NCBI GenBank assembly: GCA_964016885.1
Contig: OZ024740.1
Location: 200,632,001-200,696,000 of the forward strand
Direction: 5' to 3'
DNA from: Eledone cirrhosa
Taxonomy: Eukaryota
DNA: 64,000 bases
How positions within the stretch are numbered: position 1 is the stretch's first letter; the number at the start of each line of letters is the position of its first letter. This document shows, in pieces, positions 13,459-28,449 of the stretch. The position numbers and the translations under genes were made by a program. Under the pieces are notes generated by a model. The model saw only the letters and a list, made by a program, of their open reading frames with translations. It searched no databases and was not told where the DNA came from.

Positions 13459-15474
13459 TATTAACCACACCTGCCCCGTATCACCATCGCCCATCTCAAC
13501 GAACTTTAATTCTAATCTAACTTCACTTTATCTTATTTCATTGCATTGAATTTAACCATATGTAAGCCCGTATTTTGTATATCATGCCGCATACATAACC
13601 CACACCAAAAATCACACTAACCGTACCACACCATATTAATAACCACCTATACCCCGTTTCAACATCGCCCACCTCAATGAACTTATTGTATTGTACTCCA
13701 TGTTACCATTTCTAAGCCCGCATTTGTATATCATGCCGCACACATCACCATCACCACCACCAAAATTCACATCAACATACACACCTCATAGTTGCAACAT
13801 CGTATTAGATCGGTATCCTATGATACGTTCTACCTTGCAATCCACAATGACAAGGGACCTTGTAAATACAATGTCGATCATATCACACCATCGCCACCAC
13901 CACCACACCACACATCGTCATATTCATACCATACACGCCTACAACCTCATCCCCCCATGTTCCCTATATCTACCCTAACCTACAACCCCACGCTAAATTC
14001 GACCCTGTAACTGTACTGTCGCACGCACACACCACCACCGCCACCACTAAATACATCCACATACTTCAACAATCATTATCATTAACATCATCAACACATA
14101 TCCCTCGCTCCCAAATCGACTGTATTATATATCCCCCACCCCCCGTCTGCCTACCATATAACACACCGTAACCTCTTATCATGTAATCATCTTGTCGAAC
14201 ATATCACCCCAGCACCACCACCATCACCATGTCCACAACACACACCGCCGTACGTCCATAAACGCTTTTCCCCCGCGTTCCCTATGTCACCTTTTAACCG
14301 GTATTCGATCCGGTATATATATTTTTGTCCCTCACAACACCACCACCATCACCACAAAACACAACTCCATACTTCATCAACACCGACAACACATACCTCC
14401 ACTCCTCAACCAACAATAGTGTGTGTGTCTGTGTAAGTATTTTACTCATACGGGCGTTTTAAGTGTGCGTGTACGCAAAATTATGTGTATGTGTGTGTAT
14501 GTGAACACATGTGTATGCATATGTCTATGTGTGTGTGTATATACATCTGTATATATGTATATGTGTAAATCTGACTGTATGTGTAGGTGAGCTCATATAT
14601 GTGCATGTATGTGTATATGTGCGTGTATGTGTGTGTTGTCGGTACATGTGTGTGTATATATATATATGTGTATATATATATATATGTGTGTGTATACGTG
14701 TGTGCGAGTGTGTATGTGTATATCTTGCATACATGAGTGTGAGTCCATGTGCCCATACCCATGTGTATGTATGTGTATGTGTATATGTGTAAAACACCTT
14801 CTGCATCGCCTCTCACCTCCCCCCCCATCTCTGTCGTTCGCCACCCCCACCGATACTCCCCCACTCTCCATATTCATGACCGCATGCGCGCATATACATA
14901 CATGTGTGTACATATACATATGGCTGTGTGTGAGCGTATGCCGATATGTGTGGGCAGGGATGTGCGTATGTGTTTTATGTTGTGTGTGTTTATACAACAA
15001 TATATGTGCACATATATACATATATGTGTGTACGTATACATATATACATGGTATCTGTCAGACGAAGAGCGTCTAACTATGTATCTATGTAAGGACCTGA
15101 AGCCACCAATACATCCACCACACCACCACAAACGCCGCTACCATAGCCAAAGGCACCACTACCACACCCCCACCCATACCTCAACCCGTCTACTGACAAT
15201 CCACTAACCTCATACGACAGCCCATCCCACCATATCATCACATCCACCCCCACATACTCTACACGCCAAGGCCAACCCACCACCACCACACCACAGCCCA
15301 CCTCATCCACAGACCGTCACCAACATCTCACCATCACACCCACCCCCATATACACTACAGGCCAGTACATCGCCCTGATCCTGCCCACCAATCAAAACAA
15401 GTAATTTTGTCAAACTCTTGAAACTCTGACTTTACCTCGTAGCATGTATTTCATTTTCTTATAGCATTTTAAGA

Positions 15475-15561
15475 AGGTCCGTCGAGCTGCCGATTATTGA
15501 GTCGGGTAGGATCGATATAGATCGAACCTTGAGCTGATCAGTGGCGAAACGCGCGTCACCT
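15475..15561 (+). ncRNA. Hammerhead-like motif, extended stem II, non-canonical CCGTCGA core
   Basis: aggt CCGTCGA gctgc..(60 nt)..gtggc GAAAC gcgc GTC acct, then AATAAA; palindromic stem III typical of PLE minimal HHRs. Confidence 0.6.
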
Positions 15562-15606
15562 GTCAATAAATGCAAAGAAGGAATAATCAATCGTCCTTTT
15601 TATCCT

Positions 15607-15645
<39 letters not shown>

Positions 15646-16141
15646 GACTGCTCCCTCGTTATCGAGTATGGCACACTCACACGACATACCATTATTAATT
15701 AATTCTATCGTGCATTGCCTGTGCGTGAAGATAGTTTTTAAAGTGGACAAAGACTGTTCACTGAGCCAATCCCACTCTCTGAGCGACAGTAGCTATAACC
15801 AGTGGCGCAACTAGCTTTTACAGCCAGTGGGGGGGGGGGGGGGGGGGGCAAATTCGATCTAAAATCGGCCCACCAATTCCATACGCTCGTTCACATCTGG
15901 TGCAAGGAAATATATTCATACACGCATATAGAATAGATAAAAATTTATAATAGAGTAGACAGCATCATAGATTACAGAGTTAGCATGCTCCGTGAAAACT
16001 TTATTAACTGCGAAGAAGGTGGTCTATCTTCAGAAAAAAACAACATCCAATAAAACTAGTTTTGCAATCGATTATTCACCAACAAAAATTCGTATGTACA
16101 ACAAATCGTCCATCTAAAACTTTACTTTCACATCACTTGTT

Positions 16142-18392
16142 CTACAGTTCTAATTTGCGATGTTTTACTTTAGAACATTTTTTAATCACGATGCTGAAGT
16201 CAATTTTTTCAGCCAGTTCTCGCTCTATGTACATCATTGCCAGAGCATTCAACCGCTCTTCACTCATGGTACTACGCAAATAATTCTTTATCAGTTTGAG
16301 CCTGCTGAAGGTTCCCTCAGCCTGCGCCGAGCTAACCGGAATAGTTATGAACAGTTTGTATAAGGCAAACAGGTTCGGATAGGCTCTATCTAAGTCATTA
16401 GAAATCATAAACGGAACGATCTCAGAACTCGATATGGATTTATCTAAACATACTTCCTTGTAAAAATCTTTGAATGATAAATACTCGTCGAAGATAGTGT
16501 CATTTTTGAAGTCACCCTCCTAGAATTTCACAAGATTATCGATTCTCTCTCTATTGCATGTGTTGTCGTCGTCGAAGTGTACCGGTATCAAGCACGAAAG
16601 ATCCTTCACTAGATCGTGCAAGTCGGCAAAACGTTCGTTAAATCTACTAATGATTCTATCTAAGATAGTGAAATAAACGTCCCGTTTAAAATGCTGACTC
16701 ATCTTTTCATGAGGTTCGTCACTGGCATTTTCGTCATGAAAACGCTTCTTTTTTCTTTTTCGTTTTTCTGTTGTAAACTCTGGTTCAACTTGACATTTCT
16801 CGGCGAGATATTTTTAGCTTCTGATAATGTTCGATCAAAATATTCATTTGAGCGGATGTCTTCAATTTCTTTTACTACAATTTTAATTATGATGTCCGTG
16901 GAATATAAGTCGATAGCCTCCTTCTGCAAATATTGTGAAACAGAATGCAGCTTTTTAAGTAAATTCTGAAAAAACTTCAACGTAAAAATGAATTCAAACT
17001 TGCTCACATTTAGTAGCAAACCTCTGGCCTCGGTTAATACTTTCGGAGCAGTGTTGTGAAAATCCCCACTTATTATGCTCTCTAGTGCACTTATTACTGC
17101 CGGTAAGCTGTTAATGGTAGCCTCTACAGCCTGAATGTGATTAAACCAGCGCGTATCTGAGAGTCTTTTTAATGTTAATACCGTTGAAGTCAATAGTTTT
17201 TCTTGTTCTTCTTCGAGGATTTTCAACCTTGGCAAGCTTGATGTTAAGAAAACATACAGTCTCTCCAATATACCAAAAAATAATTTACCATCCACTGACG
17301 ATTGGCTAGCATCGATTAACACCGGGTTCAGGTTATGAGCGCAACAATGGACGTAAACAGCTTTCGAAAAGCATCTCTCTTTAACTCTAACCTGAAGCCC
17401 AGAAATGTGGCCGGACATATTCGACGCTCCGTCGTAACCTTGTCCCCTAATATATTGAGCATCCAAGGATAGATCCTGGAAAAGAACCTTCACAAGCGTA
17501 TCGTAAAATGATTCAGTGGCTGCTGATTCTAGTTCACAAAACGACAGGAAATGCTCCATGAAGTATTGCTTTTGTGCATTGATCTGAATGGCACTTTTCT
17601 CATGCTTGGCTATTTTTTCGATTCCCTTTTTGAAGTTTGCTATCCCACACTCTAAATTACCCCAAGTCTTCGAGTAAGATTCGGTATTTTTATCAGCAAA
17701 CAGCCAACAACAAAGCAATATAGTCTGATGGATTCAGGAGAGTATACTAACCAGTGGTGGTCAACTTTATGGATTCCAGCACACTTTCTGTTGTACCAAC
17801 TGATGTTGAATTTTCTGTGGTTCGAGTCGAGAGGGAAATCAGCAAAATTATCTTTCAATCTTGGCTGACAAGGACCAACGGCCATGAGGGCGCGAATTAG
17901 ATGTGTCGTCAATGGTCTGTCCTCGAAATATTTCGGGTCGCTTGGATACTTCTCTTGTAAATTCAACATACATTCTACTGGCTCATACTCTGGGATTTAT
18001 TTTGCCAATGTAGTTTCCTCTGAATCATTTTCATTTTCAGATTCCGATACAGCCATTTTTCCCTCTATTGAGTTCGAATCCCCAGTTGGAACTACATCTT
18101 CAGTGACTACGACGGTTGTTGAGATAGTAGATGGACCTGAGGCATGTTCGACGTCAGGTTCTCGTGACTCTCCAGTGCTTTTCTGTTTCTCCAGTTCATC
18201 TGACCAGACCGACAGGCCGGAAATTCCGGCAGTTACGTTGCTTTGGGATGCGTCACTACTTGTTGACGAAGACTGTTGACTTTTGAGAAAACTTGTGATT
18301 AGATAACATTATTTTGCAGATTCTTCCGTGGCAGCTTGTCTAGCTTCTCTCCTCTTTGTTGCTCCAGTTTTGTAAGTTTTTTTAGGCAGCAT
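16142..18392 (-). pseudogene. hAT transposase (TTF-type Zn finger, RGQGYDGASNMSG, HCCAHNLN, TRW, C-terminal dimerization domain), disrupted
   Basis: Start MLPKKTYKTGATKRR at 18392; ORF pieces 17652-17969, 16699-17718, 16520-16702 and 16142-16408 (IPVSSAQAEGTFSRLKLIKNYLRSTMSEERLNALA); stops, frameshifts and an apparent internal deletion near 17560. Confidence 0.93.
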
Positions 18393-18675
18393 TGTTAATG
18401 AGCACTATATTGACACTGTTTTCCAGTGGCTTTGTCTTAAAAAAAAATTCTTCCTTTTTTCCTTTTTCTATTTTTTTTCTATAAGTCTTTAAGTGCCGAA
18501 ATAGCTTGTGATTAGAAAGCCACTTCACTTACCGCATTTCTCTGGTCCTGGCAAAGTCGTTGGCTGGTTTTCCTCTCTTCCACGTGTGTACAATCCAGCT
18601 CGCCGATCGCAGCCTCAAATCGCACGTCTGTCTCAGTCCGATGACCGCCGAAGAAGAGAAAGGGGCCTCTCAAGC

Positions 18676-18718
18676 TGACGTCACATCTCCTCGTCCTTCC
18701 GGTCGATCACGCTTCCGG
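18676..18718 (-). promoter_or_regulatory. Putative transposase promoter: CRE (TGACGTCA) plus two ETS sites (CCGGAAG) in a CpG-rich patch
   Basis: Motifs at 18676, 18696 and 18712, upstream of a GT-AG 5'-UTR intron (18436-18532) and the ATG. Confidence 0.45.
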
Positions 18719-20620
18719 TCAAGCACGCCCAGCCTCCGGCCACTACACACCACACCATACTCACAATGAGCACTGTATTGACACACTTGGAATAATGCAA
18801 TTTGCTTGATTTGATATTCAACATCGAAGAATGTAAAACACGTCAAATAATCGACGAAAAACAAAACATAGAGCAAAAGTCCAGAAAATGTCGCAAATAC
18901 CAAATTGTTCTAAAATGTGACTAATGATAAAAAGTAACAATATAAATAAAAATATTATATATATTTTTTCTCTATATACACACAATATATAGATATAGAT
19001 ATTTGTGTGTATATACTCATGCATAATTATACTTTTAATTAAATATTAGGTTAAAACCTGAGTATCCAGAATAACATAAGCATGTATTACATTTCAAACA
19101 AATAGAATAATATAGAATTTAGATATCAAATCATTTATTTATATTTACAAATTAACGAAGATAATAATCGGTTTTTAATGAGATCCCTGTGATTGATGCA
19201 AGGCTACTAATTTGTCAATGTTTGGTGTGAAAGCCGTTAGAGAGAGTCGTAAATCACCTCTTCTTTCTATATCAAGGCGATTTTGACATTTTGAAAGCAG
19301 ATGCATATCTGACTGAAACCTGACTCAACTAAATAAGATGTGGGGAAAGCAAGTAAAAAAAAGTTAACGTTTTTATTCGACGGAATATTGTCTACACATT
19401 TGTTTAGATGCAGTTGCCATTTTATCCGAAATATTATATTTTTTAAGTAAACAAGAGATTGGTCTTAACTTCTAGTCTTATTGGAGATTAAGCGTATTCT
19501 TTACGTTGTTAAGTTATGTGTTTAGTCTAGGGGGCCCCACCTAGACTGACAGGAAAGCCAGGGTGGGGACAGCCCCTCCTGACCCCCAGCCCACGTTAGT
19601 TACGCAACTGGCTATAACCCAAAAGGAAGAAAGGATCAACATCATCGGTAACTACACAGCCGCAGGTTTTATAAGGAGTTTTCCCAGTTTCCTGAGTTGC
19701 CTTCTCCTAGAAGAATGCCCTGACAAAGGTTAGGTGTCCTTCACTCCCAGTGGTTTAACCGCGTGATCAGGTGTCCGGCCGACTATTTCTATGTCCCTGC
19801 GCATATATATACAGATGCACCCATGTATATACACATATATATATACATACATATGTACATGTGCACATACATATTTACCCACTTTCGGATTGCTGTTGAC
19901 TCTTATGAGTTCCTCCGCCCTTTGTCAGGTATTGTTTCTTGTCCTGCAGGGTATATATATATATATATACAGAGAGAGAGAAAAGAGAGATAAAAAAGAG
20001 AAAGCGAGGAACAGAAAGGTTTGAAACAGGAGACAGAAAGACAAAGTGATTCATATACATGCACAGATATGCCTCTCTCTCTGTTAATATTCTTGAGTAT
20101 ATTACTCGTACTACTTGAAACAATGCTAAAACAATATCTATCGAATATTTAAAAGTTTGAACATTGGTTGATGTTCGGTACTATTTCGAATTTCATTTTG
20201 ATAAGAAGAAAATCCCTAAGGTACAAGCTTCTAACCAATCAGGAATACCATATTCATTATATCGTAAACCTTAAGTCATTCCTTAAGTCATTCGCCATTA
20301 AGTAAATCTTAAGTCATTCGCTATTTTTCTTGCTTTGACTGAAACTGCAGAAGCCACATTTATATTTGTGTGTCTGTAAGTGTGCGTGTGTTTACCTTTA
20401 TGTCGATATATTTCTGTCTCGTAAGTTAGAGGTTCAATGAAAGTAAATCGAGAAAATATGTGCAGGGGTTGACAATAATAGCTCATGTTCTCGATATAAT
20501 CGATTGAATCAAAGTGGTTTCCCTGGTCGGGTGTGGTATGAAAAATTAAATCAGTAAAAGAATTAAGAAGTTAAAACAATCGGTGATATTCATTAAAAAT
20601 ATAAGTAATTAGAAGTTTGT

Positions 20621-21170
20621 TAGAGTATGGCCTGACTGAGTAGGAAATAGTGATGCCAGGAGTTAGTGAGAGGCTTGACTAAGTAGGAGGGAGTGATGTC
20701 ATGAGTAAGTGTGAAAACCTGACGAAGTAGGAGGTAGTGATATCATGAGTGAGTGTGAGGCCTTACTGAGTAGGAAATAGTGATATCATGAATTAGTGTG
20801 TGGTCTAAGTAGGAGGTAGTGATGTCATGAGTGAGTGTGAGGTGATTAAGTAGGAGGTAGTGATGTCATGAGTGAGAGTGAGGCCTGACTGAGTAGGAGG
20901 TACTGGTGTCATGAGTGAGTGTGAGGCCTGACTGCGTAGGAGGTAGTGATGTCATGAGTGAGTGTGAGGCCTGACTGAGTAGAAGATAAAGATATTATGA
21001 GCGAGTTTGAATCCTTACTGAGTAGGAAATAGTGATATCATGAGTGAGTGTGAGGCCGGACTAAGTAGAAGATAAAGATATCATGAGTGAGTGAAATACT
21101 TGACTAAGTGGGTGGTAGTGATGTCATGAGATAATGTGTGGCCTGACTGAGTGGGCAGCAGAGATGTCAA
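20621..21170. repeat. 43-bp minisatellite, ~13 degenerate copies
   Basis: Unit GAGTGAGTGTGAGGCCTGACTGAGTAGGAGGTAGTGATGTCAT. Confidence 0.9.
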
Positions 21171-21509
21171 GACACTGTTGCTTCTTGAAGGAACAATCAG
21201 AGATTTAACTAACGGCAGTTGATGTGAAATCTGTGTGAATGAGCAATAGAGATCTTATACGATGTTATTCTATGCTGGCTACCGTGAAGATGGTTTTGAA
21301 GGGAAAAGTTCAGTGAAAACAAGAGCGTTATATGTTTTAGTATTCGTCGAAGTAGAGTTAAAACACATGTGTTTAAGCCGTGTGATCAGTAGCGTGCATG
21401 TCTCACAAGCAACATCCTAAACGCACAGTCCTGTAACCTCCACAATATTATGTCATAGAATTTCATGTCGCCGACTCAGGTTTTACATATATTAAACTGT
21501 AGAATAGAC

Positions 21510-21800
21510 GCCCATCGATTTCGACAATGAGTGTTCTGGTTGTTTAGACGTGCTTGCTCGTTAAATTAACATGCAATTGGTTAAAAATTCCTCAGACACC
21601 TGTAGTCTTATCGGAATTCTCCCAGAGATTCAGTGTGACGAAATGTGTGACAAGTTTGACTCTTTAATATACGGGAATAGTCCATCTGATGAGCTTTAAG
21701 ACAGTTTCCGTCTACCCAATTTCACCAACACGGCTTGGGTCGAGCCGAAGCTATTGTTAAATGATACTTAGCTAAAATGATACTTAGTTAAATGATACTA
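21510..21800 (-). mobile_element. Octopus-type SINE remnants
   Basis: Reverse-complement similarity to 40670-40960 and a recognisable gacagtttccgtctac...ggtcgagccgaagcta segment. Confidence 0.55.
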
Positions 21801-24748
21801 AAGCAGTCGCTCTAACAATCCTATCATTGGTGCAAACTTGATCCGCACTGTATGTTAATTAAACGTTTCGTATTTAACAAATTTGCATTGTTTACACTTT
21901 TCCTATAAAACCTAATCTATGTTTACATCAATTGCATATTCTTTCATTGCTTCTCATATTACTGCATTTGACTCACACTCTAATACGTCAGCCATATTTA
22001 ACACGGAAATTCGTCTTTTGTTACGAAAGGAAAGCATATTTGACAGGAAAATATATTTAACCAGCCAGAAATATAAATATAGCATTTATGACGTTCACAT
22101 CTTTTAAACATAATATTCAACATTGATGTCGGATGACTTTGGCAACGGACTGATATATCAAAGTCACTCTTCTCCAATCTAAATTGTCGAAATGTAAGCC
22201 ATTGTGTTGGGAGCTGACTCGAGTAAATACATTTGACGTATTATGACGATCAGATCATTCATGTGTTGTGTGGCATTTAATTAACTGGGAAAGATTCTTT
22301 TAAGTAAATTAGCACCATTAGATGTGCTTCCTCGTGTGTATCAAGAGGATGTTTTCCTGTGAACTCTTTATATTCGGATAATGTGCCGTTTCTGAAGCGA
22401 CTTTTCACCTCTTACGAACTATAATTCCAACACGACAATATATGATGTGAAAGTAGAATTGTAAACATTATTTGAATAGAATTTTCTTTTCGTTGTATGA
22501 GGGACAATGGAGAAATACTTCTGAGTCGTTTTCCCAATAATACTGAATCGATATTGCTGAAGAAGTCTCTCTTTCAGAATTGAATATAGTCCGGTAGGAT
22601 ATGATAATGGCAAAGAAATCGTCAATTCTGTTCAACAGAAAAGTGGCTGATTTTCGACAGAGCAATACTGAATCATATGGATGGTGGACGATGTAACACA
22701 ATATATTGAATTTGAAAGAATTTACCATCCACCATACGCTTTGAAACGTTCTCTTTCTAATTCTACTTAAATGAAAAAATCTCACATAAAATATCTTAAC
22801 GTTCTTAGTTTTAAAGGCACAGCTTTTGTTTATAAAGGCTAAGGAATAAATATCTTTAGATTGAATGGCATATCACCTATGTTAATAATCATTCTAGAAA
22901 CTGTGTAATTTGGTTTCCAAATACGTAATTTATATGACGAAAGGTTTGCAGCAATCTATTTTAAGAAAAGACAATTTCACACCAATTGCTTCTGTTGTAA
23001 ATGTACGACGAAGTTATCTGCATTAAATGCTTAACAGATCTAAGGAATTTGATATTTATATTCATAATAATTTATCCTAATGTGGGATGATTCCCAGTAT
23101 CATCAAGAAAAAGCATACACAGCAAAAGTCATTGAATGTAGCTTCTAGTTATAATTGTTAATTGAAAAAGAAGCAGGAATTTTACATATAGATTTACCGA
23201 TAAAGAAAAGATCCTGTTGAAAAACGTTTGCATATACCAAATGATGATATCGTGTAATAAATTATAAAATATTGCAAACATCCTCTGGTCGAAAAAACCT
23301 AATTATAAAGAACATTATAAATGTGAACACATGCATGACGACTGAGTGCTTTAGTTGTTCGCTTCTCAATCATTAAGTCTTTGGTTTCATCCAACTGCGT
23401 ATCATATCTTGGTCAAATGTCTTTACATAGCGGCGGGTCGATCCTAAGTCCGGTGTGTGGAGACTACAGAAAGCTGCATGGTAGACTGTATTTGTAACTC
23501 AGATGTCTAGCCTTGTCAAATAATGTATCCCATGGAACCGCCCTATAATTACGCTAAGGGTGCATATGTGTGCAGAATAGTCAACAGCTTACATGTTAAT
23601 TCAGGAGTTGGGCATTCAGTGGATTGAAAGACTGAATGCTCCATTTTCGCATATAAAAAAGAATATACAATTCTATTTCTGCATATTGTTGCTTAAGACA
23701 GTAGTCAAATTTCTAGGGCGTCGCATAAAATACCTGGACATGTGTTGTGTCTCATTATCCCCTGAGTTCAAACGCCACAGATGTTAATTTTTTTCATCCT
23801 TTCGGGATCAGTATATAAGGTACTATTACTAGGACAGTGCATTAGCAGAACTTGTTTACAATTGGATGGAATTTTCTGTGGTATCTGAGCCGACTCTGTG
23901 CGTCCTGAGTTTATATCCCGTTTCATTGTGCTAAGGGTTGCGACTGGCACATATTAATGGGGATTGAAATACTTTCAATCTTTTCTTCCTTTCTTCATAC
24001 ATGTAAGTACCAGTCCCATTTTCCATCACGGCTTTGCACTACTTCAGCATGAAATGACATATCGACATGATAAATACTTAATCATTACGGATTTTATTTC
24101 ATCTTTCGTTCCTCCATCGGTTTTGTCAATAGACATTCAGATGAACTGGACATCCAACAAGTAAATAACGAGTAAGTATTCCAGAGGCACGTGTAGATTA
24201 AACTGAATGTCCCAAGCAAAATATTTGACAAGGTACATTCCATTCGGCGGTCTTCCAAATAGTGTCCGTTTACCCAATTTCACTGTCAAGGCTTGGAGAT
24301 CCACCCGAAGCTATGGTAAAGATACTTTACTAAGGAATGACACAGAGGGATCGAACATGGCATCTCATAATTACGAGGTGAACTTCTTAACCACTCAATC
24401 ATTCGTGTGTCCGTCAAATATACAACATTTTGAATTAGTAATTATTTTTCTCTAACTTTGATTATCCTGGTTATTTTGTTTTATGAAACCGCATTTATGA
24501 AACCGCTTTGTATATTGTATTAAATATGGTAAACTCTTCAAATGGAATACCAACTAAACAAAAGCAGAAAATATATTTCATCCCGAACGGCTCTTCCAAT
24601 TCACTGCGTCTGGTAATATGCTGACATATGTTGTTCCATAATGGTTTCTCCTTACTTAGGCAAATCATTTAAAAAGGGAATAAAACCTATGTAAATTCGA
24701 AATGACCAAGGGAAAGTGAGAGAGGGAGAGAAAGAGATGGAGATAGAT

Positions 24749-24864
<116 letters not shown>

Positions 24865-25969
24865 GCTTAACACTGCAGAATCTCACAGCTCATTCCCCTA
24901 TGTTTTTGTATAGTATTATCCCTGATAATGCACTATTTCATATCCTCATATTCGTTTGTGTAGAATAATCCACAGATTGAAACATCCATAATGAGAAATA
25001 TATGATAAAAATACTTGTAAAGTTAGGGATTATCTGTATAATATACAATTGTATACAGAAATCAATTTGTACTTGTTCTAAAGAATAGATTCAGAAACAC
25101 AGACGTGTGAAATGTATGCAATGATCACCGTTGTTACTATAAAATAATAAAGTTTGAATCAAGGGAATTTGTCTTGCAGGTAAGTCGGTCTCGTTAAATA
25201 GTTGAATTATCTCTTTAAATGAAAAAGTTGGAAATGGTTTCTATAGATCTTTCAAAGCATTCTCGTACTTATATAAACACAACACCACATAGTTAGGTGC
25301 AGCAGGTAAACATAAAGATAAAAATCACAAGAACAATGCAGCTAAGATAATAATATAGAATAATTTTAGGTAGTCAATGAACTAACTATGATATAATCAT
25401 AAATGGGGGTTTTATTTTCTCCATCGCCATGCTCAGCCTTTGATTACGACCATTCACAAACGATTTAAACGTTTATGCATTTGCGTTTCAAAAGATTATT
25501 ATGAATTCCTTCAAAGCACATGAGAAGAAAACCTGCGTATAATGTAAAAAGAGATGAAAGAGAGAAATACTTGAATAAAAGAAGGAAAACACAAGAGAAA
25601 CAAACTAACATATTTACAATCATATTTAAATTGATCTACTCTTATTTTAGTTGCTGATCCATAAACATACGCATCTATCTTTTTTTTAACTTCTGAAGAA
25701 AAGCTTTGTGAAATGATGTGGTTATTTTCTAGCATGCTATGCTCTATTAGACATCAAACTTAATTCACGTGCAAGCATGCATCTTCTGACTTCTTCATTG
25801 ATATTTACATAGGAAAACCTAACATCAATCACATGATCAAAATGGAGAGTTATGGATATTGTAGGTGTTTCTTTCTTTATCTCCTTTCTTTAAATTTATT
25901 ATTCCATTTTCAGTGTGCCTCGCCCTCCACCATCTCTCTCCTTCCCCATTCACTCCATTCACAGCTTTA

Positions 25970-26300
<331 letters not shown>

Positions 26301-27063
26301 TCTGTAACAATTCACCTTTCTCGTTCTCTCTCATCCATGACAGTACTTATATTTCTTTATTTGCACTTTCTACTTTCTATTAACGTTCTATCTCTTCCAT
26401 CTCACTCTTCATCTCTCTTAACAACACTGACGATTTCAGAAAAAGAAAGTAGTTATCCGAATATACATCCATTTATCAAGTTATTCCAACTATGTACGAA
26501 ACTTATTTAGAAACCAGAATTTAAAACGAAAATATGAAAAGAGAAATATATAACATAGCATAGTATAATGCACAGAATATTATGCGAGAAGTGATACAAA
26601 TTACGCATATGTATATATATATATATATGTGTGTGTATGTGCGCGTGTAATATATGTTATATATATATGTATATATATATGTGTGAGAAGTATATGTATT
26701 TATGTAAGGAAGATATGTGAAGTCTAGAGAGAAACAAACGGACCATGCTTCGTTGAATGTGGAATATTAGGGTGAGTTGTGAAATAAACTGCGTATAAGA
26801 GGAATCGGTTGTTGCTTCTAAAAGATATGATAGTAATGGTATGGAATTGTAATACGTATTGATTATGATCACTTTTGGAGGAAGTGGCAGCAACCCTCGG
26901 AAGAGTAGGACCGGGAAAAACGAGCGCTGATACGGTTAGATGTGATCTCAACAACCTATAGAAAGATAGATGACAAATGAGATAGACAGGTAGATAGACA
27001 CGGTCCTAATAGGGGCTCCACCAACCATGGAAAATGATGATGATCCATTTCTCTGCCACCCTC

Positions 27064-27947
<884 letters not shown>

Positions 27948-27999
27948 TACACATGTGCTTTTACAAAGCTCTACGTCATTCACAAAGTTGTTGCAGAGC

Positions 28000-28353
28000 A
28001 AAATACCTGTTGATAACGTGATATTCCTTATCGATCATTATACCAACAGCTTATAGTTTCAAGCAGACAGCATTATTGATTTAGGTGTCATAGAAAGCCT
28101 GCAATTGGATTTTACCATCAATTCCAATGGGTCCAGGTCTGTTTTTATCATTTATTTTGTTTGACCTGTTTAGCTTGATTTGTTTTTTGGCTTAGGTGGT
28201 TAATGCCTTCTTGACCACTTTTTCAGTCTGTATGGCGTTTTAACATTGTTTAGCTCTGTTTTTTTTTACTATGGAGCGCTTGCCAGCATAACTCTGATTT
28301 TGCTGTTCGTTTCGCTTTTTCTACCCACCGAAATGCGATTCTCGGTGAATTTA

Positions 28354-28449
<96 letters not shown>

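Larger units (their letters stand above)
12706..15610 (+). mobile_element. 5'-truncated PLE (Hydra-clade-like): thumb/CxC/GIY-YIG plus ~2-kb 3' UTR ending in an HHR-like motif
   Basis: CNCKKRDECPLNGECLVKKIVY...YIGATSTTFKERWYNH...CRLCIAEAAEII...NCRH; 3' end GAAACGCGCGTC + AATAAA then (TA)n. Confidence 0.85.
15800..19610 (-). mobile_element. hAT DNA transposon (Tip100/ZMYM1-like), complete ends
   Basis: TIRs CAGTGGCGCAACTA / TAGTTACGCAACTG (14 bp, 2 mismatches); perfect 8-bp TSD GCTATAAC at 15792-15799 and 19611-19618. Confidence 0.95.

Noticed and set aside
20621-21170. CRISPR-like array
   Set aside because: Eukaryotic context, no unique spacers, no cas genes.
21685-21712. CTGATGA gc motif
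   Set aside because: No downstream GAAA; lies at a SINE junction.
22100-22800. Possible decayed DNA-transposase region
   Set aside because: No diagnostic motif recognised.
25090-25185. Plus-strand exon ending CAG|GTAAGT
   Set aside because: All frames contain a stop; weak acceptor.
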